Below are positions 1 to 12,385 of a stretch of 64,000 nucleotides of DNA, one piece after another. Under the pieces are notes generated by a model. That model was given only the letters and a program-made list of their open reading frames with translations, was not told the DNA's origin and made no database searches. The DNA comes from Octopus sinensis (lineage: Eukaryota). The translations under genes and the position numbers were made by a program. Location of the stretch: the NCBI RefSeq assembly GCF_006345805.1, contig NC_042998.1, positions 155,434,001 to 155,498,000 on the forward strand. The letters are read 5' to 3'. Numbering within the stretch: position 1 is the stretch's first letter; every line of letters begins with the position of its first letter.

Positions 1-1434
1 GTTGTTTACTATTAGTGTACCCATGTCAAAACAATGGAAACATGTACACACACACACGCACGCATGCACACACACACACATACTAGCTGAAGTACCTAAC
101 ATTGCTCTGGTTGAAAACTCAGGGAGTTAACAATAACATCACAAAGTAATATATTTAACATATGATTAACATATAAATCTTTTGGATATATTTTGTGGAG
201 TTTTGGACTAAGTACACCATTTTATATATTTATATATTACTTTTTCTCTTTTTTACTAGTTTTTAAAGAATATTTTTTTAGATTTCCATGTTTCAAACAA
301 AAGCAATATTAATTCTGTCCCTGAAAATTTCCACAAATTCAAATCTTTTCTTTTAAATTTAACCTTTACCTCACCCAAAACTTAATCATAAGTACTAGTT
401 CTAACACCAAACCTTAACCTTTTTATCGAACCTCTAAATTCTAAATGCTAACCCTAATCCTAACTCTATTCTTTTTTATAGAATCATAATCTCCTATGTT
501 TAAATAATATACTTCTGAAATAAACTTCAAAAATGAAACAAATCACTACAAGGTACATACTCCAAAACAGAGTGGAGAAAAAAGAATGAAAACTGTAATT
601 TTGAATAACTTGATGCTTCATATATAAAAATCTAAAGAAATTAGGGGGGGAAAAACCCCCAAAAAACGATACAGGTTCAAAAGTTCATCAAATAATATTT
701 AAATGCCAGGAGTACCAAACTTTTATCATTGTGAGGGGGTAGGGTGGGCTGGGATCTGGTCCAATCTGGTCCAGTTAGTCTGTAAGGAGATAGACAGATA
801 GACAGACAGATAGATTATGAGTCTAGAGGGAGACAAACAATTAATTCATGCAGTTAGACAAGTAATACATATAGCTGAAAAACCTTAGACAGAAGTGAAA
901 CAACTGTGCAAGTGTACAATAAAAATATATGCATCAATAAAAGAAACAGAAGAGGATCTAATGCTCCCAGTTACAGCTTTCATCAAAGAGATGGGAAAGA
1001 AATGAAAGGCAAATGTTAAAAAAATACTAATTTATTTAACATATCTTACCAGTGTAAAGAGATAAGAAATGAAACTGAAGGATTAGAAGTGGAGACAAAA
1101 TCTGGGTCACAGAGAGAATAAGTAAGAAGAGAGGGAGGGAAGGAATTTGAGAAAGAGAATAAGTAAAGAGAGGGTGAGAAAAGAAAGTGAGAGGGGAAGG
1201 GGGAACAGTGAAAGACAGTGTAAGGAGAGAAAGTGAAAGCAGGGGAATGGGGAGCCCACAATATTTGTATGTTTGTGTTATGTTTGTGTGTATATGTACA
1301 TGTACAGGGAGGTTAAATGTGCAATATTTTCATTTATATAACTATTAAATAGCATCTGTGTGAAGGAATATAAATTTTATGTATCAAGGTGTGCAATGAC
1401 AGTCTTCCAATAGTTAAGAATTTAGTTAAGAATG

Positions 1435-1471
<37 letters not shown>

Positions 1472-1639
1472 TCATCATCATCATCATCGTTTAACGTCCG
1501 CTTTCCATGCTAGCATGGGTTGGACGGTTCAACTGGGGTCTGGCAAGCCCGAAGGCTGCACCAGGCCAGTCAGATCTGGCAGTGTTTCTACAGCTGGATG
1601 CCCTTCCTAACGCCAACCACTCCGAGAGTGTAGTGGGTG

Positions 1640-1925
1640 ATTTTATGTGCCACCGACACAGGTGCCAGACGAGGCTGGCAGACGGCCACGCTCGGATGGT
1701 GTTTTTTATGTGCCACCGACACAGGTGCCAGACGAGGCTGGCTGACGGCCACGCTCGGATGGTGTTTTCTTATGTGTCACCGACACAGGTGCCAGACGAG
1801 GCTGGCGGACGGCCACGCTCGGATGGTGTTTGTTACGTGCCCTCAGCATGGAGGCCAGTCGTTGCGGTACTGGCTACGGTCACGTTCGGATGGTTTTCTT
1901 ATATGCCACCGGCACTGGTACCACA
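1640..1925 (-). repeat. ~62-63 bp minisatellite in the RTE 3' UTR (~4.5 units)
   Basis: Recurring tgtgccaccgacacaggtgccagacgaggctggc...cggatggtgtttt. Confidence 0.85.
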
Positions 1926-2081
1926 AGGATACAAATTCCATTGATGTTCATCTATTTTGATTTGGTTCGATTTGATTCGATTCTCACTTGCCTCAACAGG
2001 TCTTCACAAGTGTCACAAGAAGGAAGGTATGCACAGGTGGACTGACTACGTCCCAGGTAGGGGCCACGGATTATGGCTTCA

Positions 2082-2543
2082 CTAGTCTTGCCGGGTCTTC
2101 TCACGCACAGCATACTTCCATAGGTCTCGGTCTCTAATCATTTCCATGGTGAGACCTAACGTCCGAAGGTCGTGCTTCACCACCTCGTCCCAGGTTTTCC
2201 TGGGTCTACCTCTTCCACGGGTTCCCTCAACTGCTAGGGATTGGCACTTTCTCACACACCTATCTTCATCCATTCTCGCCACATGACCATACCAGCGCAA
2301 TCGTCTCTCTTGCACACCACAACTGATGCTTCTTAGGTACAACATTTCTCTCAAGGTACTAACGCTCTGTCGAGTAAGTACACTGACATTACACATCCAT
2401 CGGAGCATACTGGCTTCGTTCCTCACGAGCTTACGCATGTCCTCAGCAGTCACGGCCCATGTTTCACTGCCATGTAGCATAGCTGTTCGTACACATGCAT
2501 CATACAGTCTGCCTTTTACTCTGAGCGAGAGGCCTTTAGTCAC
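2082..2543 (-). pseudogene. RTE ORF C-terminal segment
   Basis: KGRLYDACVRTAMLHGSETW...LRWYGHV...GRPRKTW; near-identical segments at 38927, 50580 and 59063. Confidence 0.88.
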
Positions 2544-2664
2544 CAGCAGAGGTAAGAGCTCCCTAAACTTTGCCCAGGCTATTCACTTTCAGCGCAGTTA
2601 CACTTTCAGCGCACCCACCCCCACTACTGACTTGGTCACCTAGATAGCGGAAGCTATCAACTAC

Positions 2665-4103
2665 TTATAGTTTTTCCCCCCGGAAAGTGACAGAAGTTGT
2701 TTTCTGCAGATTTTCGGAGGTCAATGCTCCAGAGCATCTGCCACATACAAAAACTATCTTCCCAGTTAGCCTACCTTTGACATTGCTGCACCTCTTATGT
2801 GTCCATAGCTTACACTGGGTACATCTTATAGAGTTTCTACCTACACCTTTTCTACAGATCGAGCAGGGCCATCTTCCTGAGGATATTTGTGGATTGTCTA
2901 CCTTTCTACTTATTAGTACTTTGGTTTTAGCTAGGTTGACTCTAAGGCCCCTCGATTCTAAACCCTCCTTCCACACCTGGAACTTCTCCTCCAGTTCTGA
3001 TAGTGACTCAGCAATTAGAGCGAGGTCGTCAGCATAGAGGAGCTCCCAGGGGCAACCCGTCTTGAATTCCTCCACAATTGCCTGGAGGACTATGATAAAT
3101 AGGAGGGGGCTGAGTACTGAACCCTGGTGGACCCCAACCTCTACTTTCAATTCTTCTGTGTACATGTTGCCAACTCTAACCTTACTTACGGCATCTCTGT
3201 ACATGGCTTGCACAGCCCTCACCAGCCATTCATCTATACCTAGTTTCCTCATTGACCACCAGATGAGGGATCGGGGGACCCTGTCGAACGCTTTCTGCAT
3301 GTCAACAAAAGCCAGGTACAGGGGCTTATCTTTGGCTAGGTATTTCTCCTGCAGCTGCCTTACCAGGAATATAGCATCAGTGGTGCTTTTCCCTGGGACA
3401 AACCCAAACTGCATCTCATCTAAACTAACTCTCTCTCTAATTAGTTGGGCTATGACCCTCTCCGTAACCTTCATTACCTGATCCAACAGCTTGATACCTC
3501 TGTAATTATTTGTATCTAGGGCATCACCTAACCTTTGTAGCAGTTGACTAGTATGCTGCTACACCAGTCATTGGGTATGACTCCTTCGTGTATCACCTGG
3601 TTGACTATACGGGTGACTAGGTTATAGCCGACACTGCCAGATATTTTGAGCATCTCTGCAGTAATTCCTGATGGGCCTGGGGCTTTCCCTGTCTTCATGC
3701 TTCTAATTGCCTTAGCTACCACGGAACTATCAACTCGGATAGCTGGTCCCTCTGTTGGGTCAACATTCGGCAGACTCTCTTTATCCCATTCATTTTCTTT
3801 ATTCAGCAACCTTTCATAGTGGCATCTCCAAACCTCTCTCTTTGCATCCTCATTTAGCGCAAGTGAACCATCATCCATGCGAACACACTTCTCTCCTACC
3901 ACGTCACGATTCTCTCTCACACACTGTCTTGCAACATGAAATACCTCAAGTCTTTCATCCTCATGGCTCAGAACATTGGCAAATTTTTTCTTATCCGCTT
4001 CCCCTCTTATCCGCTTCCCTTTTGGCTGTCTGATACAATTCTCTGCTACCACTGTTCTTCCAGTCCTTCCAAGCCTGTCTCTTTTGTCTAATAGCCCTGT
4101 CAA
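2665..4103 (-). pseudogene. RTE ORF, linker + reverse transcriptase + PHD-like finger (frameshifted)
   Basis: 3528-4103 KAPGPSG/PNDW motif; 2665-3486 RT core with YADD, then C-x2-C...C-x2-C-x4-H-x2-C...C-x2-C. Confidence 0.9.
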
Positions 4104-4119
4104 CCACAGTGTTCCACCA

Positions 4120-5184
4120 CTATGTTACTCTGGGTCGAGATGGTACTTTGCTCCATCCACAGATCTGGTCAGTGGCTGTCAGCAGATTGTCCCGTAGGAA
4201 TCTCCAGTTGTCTTCCACATTAAGTGAAGCTATATCCCCTTCTATTTCGTCAGAGGCTTCGAGTAGTATGTCTCTAAATCTCTGTCCATTTGCAGGATCT
4301 TTAAGCTTCCAGACCCTTCTCCTCCAAGCTGGTCTTCTTCTGGGCAACCATTTAGCTCTGATCCTGAAGTCGCTAACTACTAATCTATGTTGGGGAGTAC
4401 ATTCTTCGCCTGGGAAGGTTTTGGCATTCATAATCAGCCCTCTTTCCCTTTTTCTGGCAAGGATGTAGTCAATCTGGCTGGTGTGTCTGCCAGAACGGTA
4501 GGTGACTAGGTGAGAGGTGGGTTTCCTGAAGTGGGTATTGCAGACCATAAGGTCATTTGCATCGCAGAACTCCAGCAGCCTGGTTCCCTCCTCATTTCGA
4601 GAGCCAAAACCGTAGCCTCCATGGACGCCATGGAAGCCCCTGACATGTCGTCCAACATGTCCATTGAAATCACCTGCCACGAAGAGAAGGTCACTGTCAT
4701 TTGTCAATGAGGTAGTCCGCAATAGGGTGTCATAGAATTGGTTTTTTTGTCCTTCCGGTAGCCCTGGTTGAGGGGCATATGCCGAGATGATGGTAGCTGT
4801 CCTATGGTGAAGAACTAATCTAATTTTAATTACTCTGTCACTTACTCTGACTACCTCGATTACCTTACCTACCCATTTCTCCGCAAGAAGTATACCCACA
4901 CCCCCGACCCCGTCAGTATTCCCAGCCCAGAAAATCTTGTACCTCTGTCCTTTGCCTGTGAGGAGCCTAGCAGAACCTCCTCTCCACCTTACTTCCTGAA
5001 TACAGCATACATCCACACGTCTCCATTCAAGCAGCTCTACAATCTCTCCAGACCTACCTTTCAATGTGCCAACATTGAGCGTGCCAACTCTGAGGGTTTG
5101 GGAGGTGTGGGCATCAGAGACCCTGGGACGAGGGACAGTCGTGTCATGTACCTGAAAAGAAAGCTTGCATTTGGCAGATTTCAT
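4120..5184 (-). pseudogene. RTE ORF, apurinic/apyrimidinic endonuclease domain
   Basis: 354-aa ORF with APE motifs; ends in a stop where a WW motif is expected. Confidence 0.9.
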
Positions 5185-5913
5185 ATGGAAACTCTAGACT
5201 ACAACCTGCATACTTTTCACAATTTTTTGCGCTATATGTTCAGATAAACCCTACATAGGTGATAGTGGGGGAGGGGGTAGTTTCCGGTATTTGGGTAGAA
5301 ACTTCCGGTATTGGTGGTGGGAGGGTGGGCGACAAAATCGAAGCAACTAGTTTGAATACTATATTTGAGGGGGAAAAATAATTAATTAGATAAATGACTG
5401 AATGAAAGCCAGAGAGAGAATGAAAATAGATAAATAATAAAAAAAATACGGTAGAGAATGAAAATAGATAAATAATAAAATATACGGTAAGAAACGAGGG
5501 GGCATATTTTCGGAGAAGAATGGGATAAACATCGAGGATGGCGCTGAAGGAAAATATACTTTAAAAATGCATGAAGTCGCCATGTTTAGAGAATAGAGAA
5601 ACGAAGGGAGAACAGATCAAGCTATCCAAACAAAACGCTTAAAAATATGAAAAGAGCAGGATTGAGATTGACTTAACTGGCCATTTTTGGAAATCTGATT
5701 TTTCTCTGAAGGTGTAGCGAGTGAATGAGGATGAGATACGATCGCTCGCTGGCTTTTATAAGGGAATTAGGGGGGGGGGGGCGGAAACACGAGAGAGAGA
5801 GGGAGAGAGAAAATCGAAGCAACTAGTTTGAATACTATATTTGAGGGGGAAAAATAATTATTAATTAATTAATAATTATATATATATATATTATATATAT
5901 ATATATATATATA

Positions 5914-6290
5914 TTCTTTTATTGTTTTTTTGCTTGTTTCAGTCATTTTGACTGTGACCATGCTGGAACGCCACCTTTAGTCGAGCAAATCGACAACAGG
6001 ACTTAATCTTTGTCAGCCTAGTGCTTATTCTATTAGTCTCTTTTGCTGAATCGCTAGGTTACGGGGATGTAAACACCAGCATTGGTTGTCAAGTGATGAG
6101 ATACACAAACATACACACACACATACATATATACGACGGGCTTCTTTCAGTTTCTGTCTACCAAATCCACTCACAAGGCTTTGGTCGGCCTGAGGCTATA
6201 GTAGAAGACACTTGCCTAAGGTGCCATGCAGTGGGACTGAACCCGGAACCATGTGGTTGGTAAGCAAGCTACTTTCCACACAGCAACTCC
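5914..6290 (-). mobile_element. tRNA-derived SINE (octopus OK/OR-like family)
   Basis: Minus-strand head ggagttgctgtgtgg (box A-like)...ggttcagtccc (box B-like); tail ...cagcatggtcacagtcaaaatgactgaaacaag. Confidence 0.8.
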
Positions 6291-6941
6291 TGCACCTATA
6301 TGTAGAAGTAATTTAAAAAAATCAAGATGTCCATAAATATATACATAGACACAATCCCTCTACTCTTTCTGCCGGTCAAGCATTTCTCACATTTCATTCA
6401 TCTCCTGAAAGCCATCATTCCTCTATCTATAGCACTACTCAGTTGCTGCAATCACTTGAGAGCTGAAACAGTACATATTACATTCCCAGCTTTCTTTGTT
6501 CTTCCAGTTACCTCCTCCACCTGCAGAACCACTTCCATCATGCATTTGCATTACCATCCCTTCCCACATTATTTCCACTGATTACCTTTCTCTGCTTTCA
6601 GTTACTGCACTCTCATATCTGCCATTATGCCCCATCTACCATAGCCCCTCCCTTATGTACTTCTACATTTACTTCCCCACTGCTCCTAAACCTTTCACAT
6701 CATACCCCTTTTTTTAATCTATTCTCCTTCCAGAGTCACCTCTATTTCACCTTACCTGCTCTCCATACTGGTATTTTCCATCAACTACACCTCCAGCCTT
6801 TGATCAGTCACCTCTTCTTTGATCATTACAAGGATGGAAGTAGTGCATCAGTTAATTCCTGAACCCACCAACACTATCAATGGACAATAACTGAATGCAG
6901 ATAATAACACTCTCTGGCATAAAGATGAGATCATATATATA

Positions 6942-6974
<33 letters not shown>

Positions 6975-6975
<1 letters not shown>

Positions 6976-7351
6976 TCTTTTATTGTTTTTTTGCTTGTTT
7001 CAGTCATTTTGACTGTGACCATGCTGGAACGCCACCTTTAGTCGAGCAAATCGACAACAGGACTTAATCTTTGTCAGCCTAGTGCTTATTCTATTAGTCT
7101 CTTTTGCTGAATCGCTAGGTTACGGGGATGTAAACACCAGCATTGGTTGTCAAGTGATGAGATACACAAACATACACACACACATACATATATACGACGG
7201 GCTTCTTTCAGTTTCTGTCTACCAAATCCACTCACAAGGCTTTGGTCGGCCTGAGGCTATAGTAGAAGACACTTGCCTAAGGTGCCATGCAGTGGGACTG
7301 AACCCGGAACCATGTGGTTGGTAAGCAAGCTACTTTCCACACAGCAACTCC
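6975..7351 (-). mobile_element. tRNA-derived SINE (duplicated copy)
   Basis: Identical to 5914-6290. Confidence 0.8.
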
Positions 7352-7990
7352 TGCACCTATATGTAGAAGTAATTTAAAAAAATCAAGATGTCCATAAATA
7401 TATACATAGACACAATCCCTCTACTCTTTCTGCCGGTCAAGCATTTCTCACATTTCATTCATCTCCTGAAAGCCATCATTCCTCTATCTATAGCACTACT
7501 CAGTTGCTGCAATCACTTGAGAGCTGAAACAGTACATATTACATTCCCAGCTTTCTTTGTTCTTCCAGTTACCTCCTCCACCTGCAGAACCACTTCCATC
7601 ATGCATTTGCATTACCATCCCTTCCCACATTATTTCCACTGATTACCTTTCTCTGCTTTCAGTTACTGCACTCTCATATCTGCCATTATGCCCCATCTAC
7701 CATAGCCCCTCCCTTATGTACTTCTACATTTACTTCCCCACTGCTCCTAAACCTTTCACATCATACCCCTTTTTTTAATCTATTCTCCTTCCAGAGTCAC
7801 CTCTATTTCACCTTACCTGCTCTCCATACTGGTATTTTCCATCAACTACACCTCCAGCCTTTGATCAGTCACCTCTTCTTTGATCATTACAAGGATGGAA
7901 GTAGTGCATCAGTTAATTCCTGAACCCACCAACACTATCAATGGACAATAACTGAATGCAGATAATAACACTCTCTGGCATAAAGATGAG

Positions 7991-8037
<47 letters not shown>

Positions 8038-8297
8038 AACTATGAGATAATATGTAGAAAAATGAGATAGTAATTATTACATTAGTTAGCAGAAAACCAT
8101 CCGCAGAGCAGAGTTTCTGCTAGTAAAATAAACAAAACTTCTTTAGCTAAATTTCTGACAATACACTAAATAGTTGCAATAAGGTGATATACAAAAAAAC
8201 ATAAATATATATATATTTTCTTCAATAATCCAAACTATGAACTGTTGAAAAACAATTGTTAAAATTGAATTAATAATTGTCAATTAAGTACACTTAC

Positions 8298-8385
8298 CAA
8301 CAAGTGGAGTTGGACAAGTTGGTGTAACTTGAAAAAAACATGACCTTTGATCATGTCGCCATGAATGAGATACTCTGCCAGAATT
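8298..8385 (-). CDS. Candidate internal exon of an unidentified host gene (88 nt)
   Basis: gattatag| acceptor and TTG|gtaagt donor; two frames open: ILAEYLIHGDMIKGHVFFKLHQLVQLHLL or NSGRVSHSWRHDQRSCFFQVTPTCPTPLV. Confidence 0.55.
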
Positions 8386-8928
8386 CTATAATCACAACAA
8401 AAATAATTTAGAATGTTTTTGAAATGACTTTTTATACTAAATATGGTTGAAATATGTGAAAGTTCTAATTCAAGTAAATGTTTTTGAAGTAGATTAGACG
8501 TTTTGTAATAAAACAAATATAAAAGTCAATGATTTTAATTTAGGGAAAGTTGTATTCAGAAAGAATAACTGATGTGAATTGTACTATATGTTATTAATAT
8601 GATCACAAGAAAAAAAATTCTACAACTTATATTAAGAGTTTTTTCTTCCTTCATTAACTGGCTAGGACATATGAAGGTATATATAACACACACACACACA
8701 GAGTTGTCCAAGATGGGTTCATAAGTCTGAAAAAGAGTACACTCAATATGAAGTATTCAAGTGTGTATAATATTAATACAATATCACAAGATGCAAACCA
8801 TGCTCAGCTAGGCAAAGCTACTAGCTGGCTCAGTTGTAAATCATTATGTTATTCTATGCAGAAATTACAGCCAAACAATCATCAGATATGGATGACTGGA
8901 AGAGCAAAGGCTGGACTCATTCTTGTGG

Positions 8929-9195
8929 TGTTATGAGCCAGGCTGTATTAAAGGGAAGGACCAGAATTGAGGGAATATGCATGTCCTGTCAGAAGTGGGG
9001 CCTGTGGGTCCCACTGGAAGGGCCACAATGGACATGCAAGGTGCAAGCGGTCAGTAGGCAGTGGACAGCATACAAGAGCAGACCTGTTAGAAGGTACAGT
9101 GGCAGGCAGAGCATGTGGATATTGTGAGTGATCCCTTCCACACAGACAGATGGTACGGCAACAGAGCATGTGGATGTTGTGAGTGACCCTTCCAG
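8929..9195 (+). repeat. Left LTR (3'-truncated)
   Basis: Starts tgttatgagcc; aligns by eye with 12034-12313. Confidence 0.8.
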
Positions 9196-9235
9196 TCCTC
9201 CTTCACGACACAAACTATTCAGCTTAAAACAAAAA

Positions 9236-9993
9236 AATGATGGGTATGGTTCGTGTTTTGAATTAGATGGTTATGCCATTTTGCAGTGAGAGAGATGTCA
9301 CCACTTGGTTGAAAAAAATTAAGTTGGTGGCAAGACTCCATGGTACAGAGGACCTAGTGAGTTTCATACCACTGTACCTTGATGGATCGGTGTTGGCGCT
9401 ATACCTGGAAATGGAGAAGTACCAGTTAAGCACAGAAAAAACATAGAAGTCCAGCTGATGAAGGCTTTTACAGAAGGGCCATTCATGGTATATGGTTTAA
9501 TAGGGAAAGCGAAGTGGACAGGTGAACAGGTCAATGTGTTTGCCAATGAAATCAGGAGATTGGCCAAACTTGCAGGATACAGAGACAAGGCACTGAAACA
9601 AAAAGTTAAATTAGCATTTGTGACTGGATTTCCTGATCACATGTCGGTCGAACTGCAAAAGCTGCCAAATATTCACTCCATAGCAATGGGAGAGGTAATA
9701 TCTCAGGTCAGAGTCCTTGCCACATGTTGCAGGACAACACCTTTAGCAGTGACTGCAACAATGAGAAGGGGTCAAATAAAGAGCAGCATGAGGGGTCGAA
9801 CAAGTAATGTGTGCAACCCTTCAAAGGGCAATGTTTTTGGTATCAGGGTTCACACATGGTGAGAAACTGCAAGGAACCCAAGCTGGCAGTAATTTGCTAT
9901 CGATGCAGAGAAACGGGCCACATCGCTAGTGAATGCATTCAGGGAAACAGTCTAAGGGAGACTACTGTATTGGTAGTCCGGTCAAAAGAATAG
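9236..9993 (+). pseudogene. Gypsy gag (disrupted)
   Basis: WLKKIKLVARL...FIPLYLDG, KLAFVTGFP, CCHC knuckle. Confidence 0.8.
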
Positions 9994-9999
9994 ACATGC

Positions 10000-11720
10000 G
10001 TATATGGACGTTGCCAATTGTGGATGTCATGGTGGAGGGAAAGGTATCATGAGTCTTCATGGATATGGGCCTGCTCAACAACCCTAATGACTCCAGAGGT
10101 GATAGAAGAATGGAGTGGAGTGAGTAGTGTAAGGGCTATTGATGGTACGGAAGTTGAATTCAGGGGAAGCAGCAATATGGAGATGGTGGTGTGAGGAATG
10201 AGATTGAGGTTGCATGTGATAGTGATTGACTGCGTGGAGGACGGAATCGATATGGTGATGGTGATGGATGCCATTGTTCGTTTGGGAGGTGTCAATGAAG
10301 CTGGTGTAATATTCGGAGATGCAGAGGCACTATGCATTGTGAGTCCACCACAGGAGAGTGGTGAAAGCTGCAAAGAAAAATATACTGCACACACCAGTAG
10401 AGACAAGGACGTTGAAAAATGCAGTAGGCTGCTATCAGCATACCCTGAAAAGGGATGCCAGAAGTGAGTTTGAGGAAGAGGTGGAACAAGGAAGATATTC
10501 TGATCCCTTGAAGGAGGAAGTGGAGAGTGGAGTTGTACCACTGATGGCAGTGGTGCAGCAGACAAAGCATAAAGTCAGGCCGGTATTAGATTTCTGAGAG
10601 CTGAACAACCACGTATTGTGCCATATGGGTGGCGAAGCCACAGACATTTGCAACAAAACCTTGAGAGTGTAGAGGCAGATGATAGGGGCCTCCACAATCG
10701 TCGATTTGAAGTTGGCATACCTGCAGCTACATGTGGCTGAGAGACTGTGAAAATATCAGCTAGTAAGGTACAAGGGGCGGACATACTGCCTGACCAGGTT
10801 GGAATTTAGGCTGAATTCAGCACCAAAGATTATGGGCGACAATTCTCAAAACCATCTTGGGAAAGGCAGACAAAGTGAAAAGAGCCACCAATTCTTATAT
10901 AGATGACATCCTGGTGGATGAGAGCATAGTGTCAGCAAAGGAGGTCATAAGCCACCTGAAGAGATTTGGGCTAACTGCCAAACCACTGGAGGCATTGGAA
11001 GGAGGAGCTGCACTGGGACTCAAGCTACGGAGAGACAAGGCCAGCACGTTGGAGTTTCGGAGAGGGAATGAGATCCCAGAACTAGGCACCAAGATGAGTA
11101 GGTGAGAACTGTTTTCTGTGTGTGGGAAGCTACTGGGACACTACCTGATTGCAGGATGGCTCTAGACAGCATGCATCTTCATCAAGAGGTGAGCTGAAGG
11201 AGTGAGGTGGAATGACAAAGTGGGCAAGAAGACAACTGGCATGATGCAAGAAGTCTTGGAGAGAGCGACTGTGGAGGACTCAGTAAAAGGAAACTGGTAT
11301 GTGCCCAAATTGAAGAATGGGATCTTGTAGTGTGATGCTAGCAGCATAGCAATGAGAGTTGCCTAGGAAATTGGAGGTGTCATGGTGGAGGATGTGTCCT
11401 GGTTCAGGAAGAAAGATGACTGCAACCACATCAACATGGTGTAGCTGGATGCCATGTTCAAGGAGCTAAACCTAGCCCTGAGGTGGCAATGGGGTTGTGG
11501 AGAGGTATCAACGCACCATCAAGACCATAGCAGAGAGGGGTCACATCTCATCGGTCGAGGCCGTTTTTTGGTATAATACATTGCCCAGATCAAGACAGGC
11601 TAAGGAGTCAGTGCTACACAGGACAATATTTAAGTACAAGTGGAGACATCCATATACTGCATTGCCTCAACCCACAGAAGAGAAAGAGCATGTCTTTGCA
11701 CAGGTTGAGGAAGAAGTCAG
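10000..11720 (+). pseudogene. Gypsy pol remnants (protease, RT, RNase H, integrase C-terminus)
   Basis: VRPVLDF, YIDD, CDASS-like and HINMV-like motifs across several frames. Confidence 0.8.
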
Positions 11721-12033
11721 GTTAAACCCCCAAATGCATGATGCACATCACAATGGGGAAAGGGGACAATAACCTCGAGGAACAATGTATCCGAAGATGG
11801 CATGCCATGTCATGTTTTAGATGTGTGCAGGATCATCAATGCGTCAGTAACGGACAAGAATACAAAGCCGGCAACAACATGTCAGGGACCAAGGCCAGTC
11901 CTGAAGTCCCATGGCAGTTGCAGAGGGAGTGGTGCCCTCCTCACCGGTTGGCTGATTACGAGACTGTGATCAGTGTTGAGGAGAGGTGTGGGCAGGTTGG
12001 TTGAATGATCTTCAGATCAGCAGGGGCATGTGA

Positions 12034-12385
12034 TGTTATGAGCCAGGTTGTGTTGTAAGGAAGGACCAGAAGTGAGGGAGTATGCATGTCCTGTCGGAAG
12101 TGGGGTCTGTGGGTCCCACCAGAAGGGCCATGGTGGGCATGCAAGGTTGGCGAGGCGCAAGCGGTCAGTTGGCAGTGGACAGCATATAAGAACAGACCTG
12201 TTAAATGGTCTTAAGGCAGACAGGGCACGTGGATGTTGTGAGCAACCCCTTCCACATAGATAGATGGTACGGCGGCATACAGAGCATGTGAATGTTGTGA
12301 GTGGCCCTTCCAGATAAACAAGTAAGACTACCGTAATACTCTCTCTGCTTCTGTCTTGGATGACTGGAAGAACAAAGGCTGGACA
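12034..12385 (+). repeat. Right LTR
   Basis: Starts tgttatgagcc, ends ggctggaca (TG...CA). Confidence 0.75.

Larger units (their letters stand above)
1470..5860 (-). mobile_element. Near full-length RTE-clade non-LTR retrotransposon (inactivated by stops/frameshifts), flanked by (TA)n tracts
   Basis: APE endonuclease ORF 4120-5184 (VGTLNVGTL, CIQEVRW, GDFNGH, SQIDYIL); RT ORF 2665-3486 (QFGF, QGSVLSPLLF, YADD); RTE C-terminus 2082-2543 (LRWYGHV, RGRGRPRKTW); 3' UTR ending in a (GAT)n tail at ~1470-1487. Confidence 0.93.
5877..7998. repeat. Apparently identical 1061-bp tandem duplication bounded by (TA)n tracts
   Basis: ORFs 6021/7082, 6327/7388 and 6496/7557 are identical and offset by exactly 1061. 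Confidence 0.95.

Noticed and set aside
360-470. Telomere-like taacc(c/t) motifs
   Set aside because: Scattered and degenerate, not a tandem array
1640-1925. CRISPR-like appearance of the regular ~60-68 bp repeats in RTE 3' UTRs
   Set aside because: Head-to-tail units without unique spacers, in a eukaryotic LINE; no cas genes
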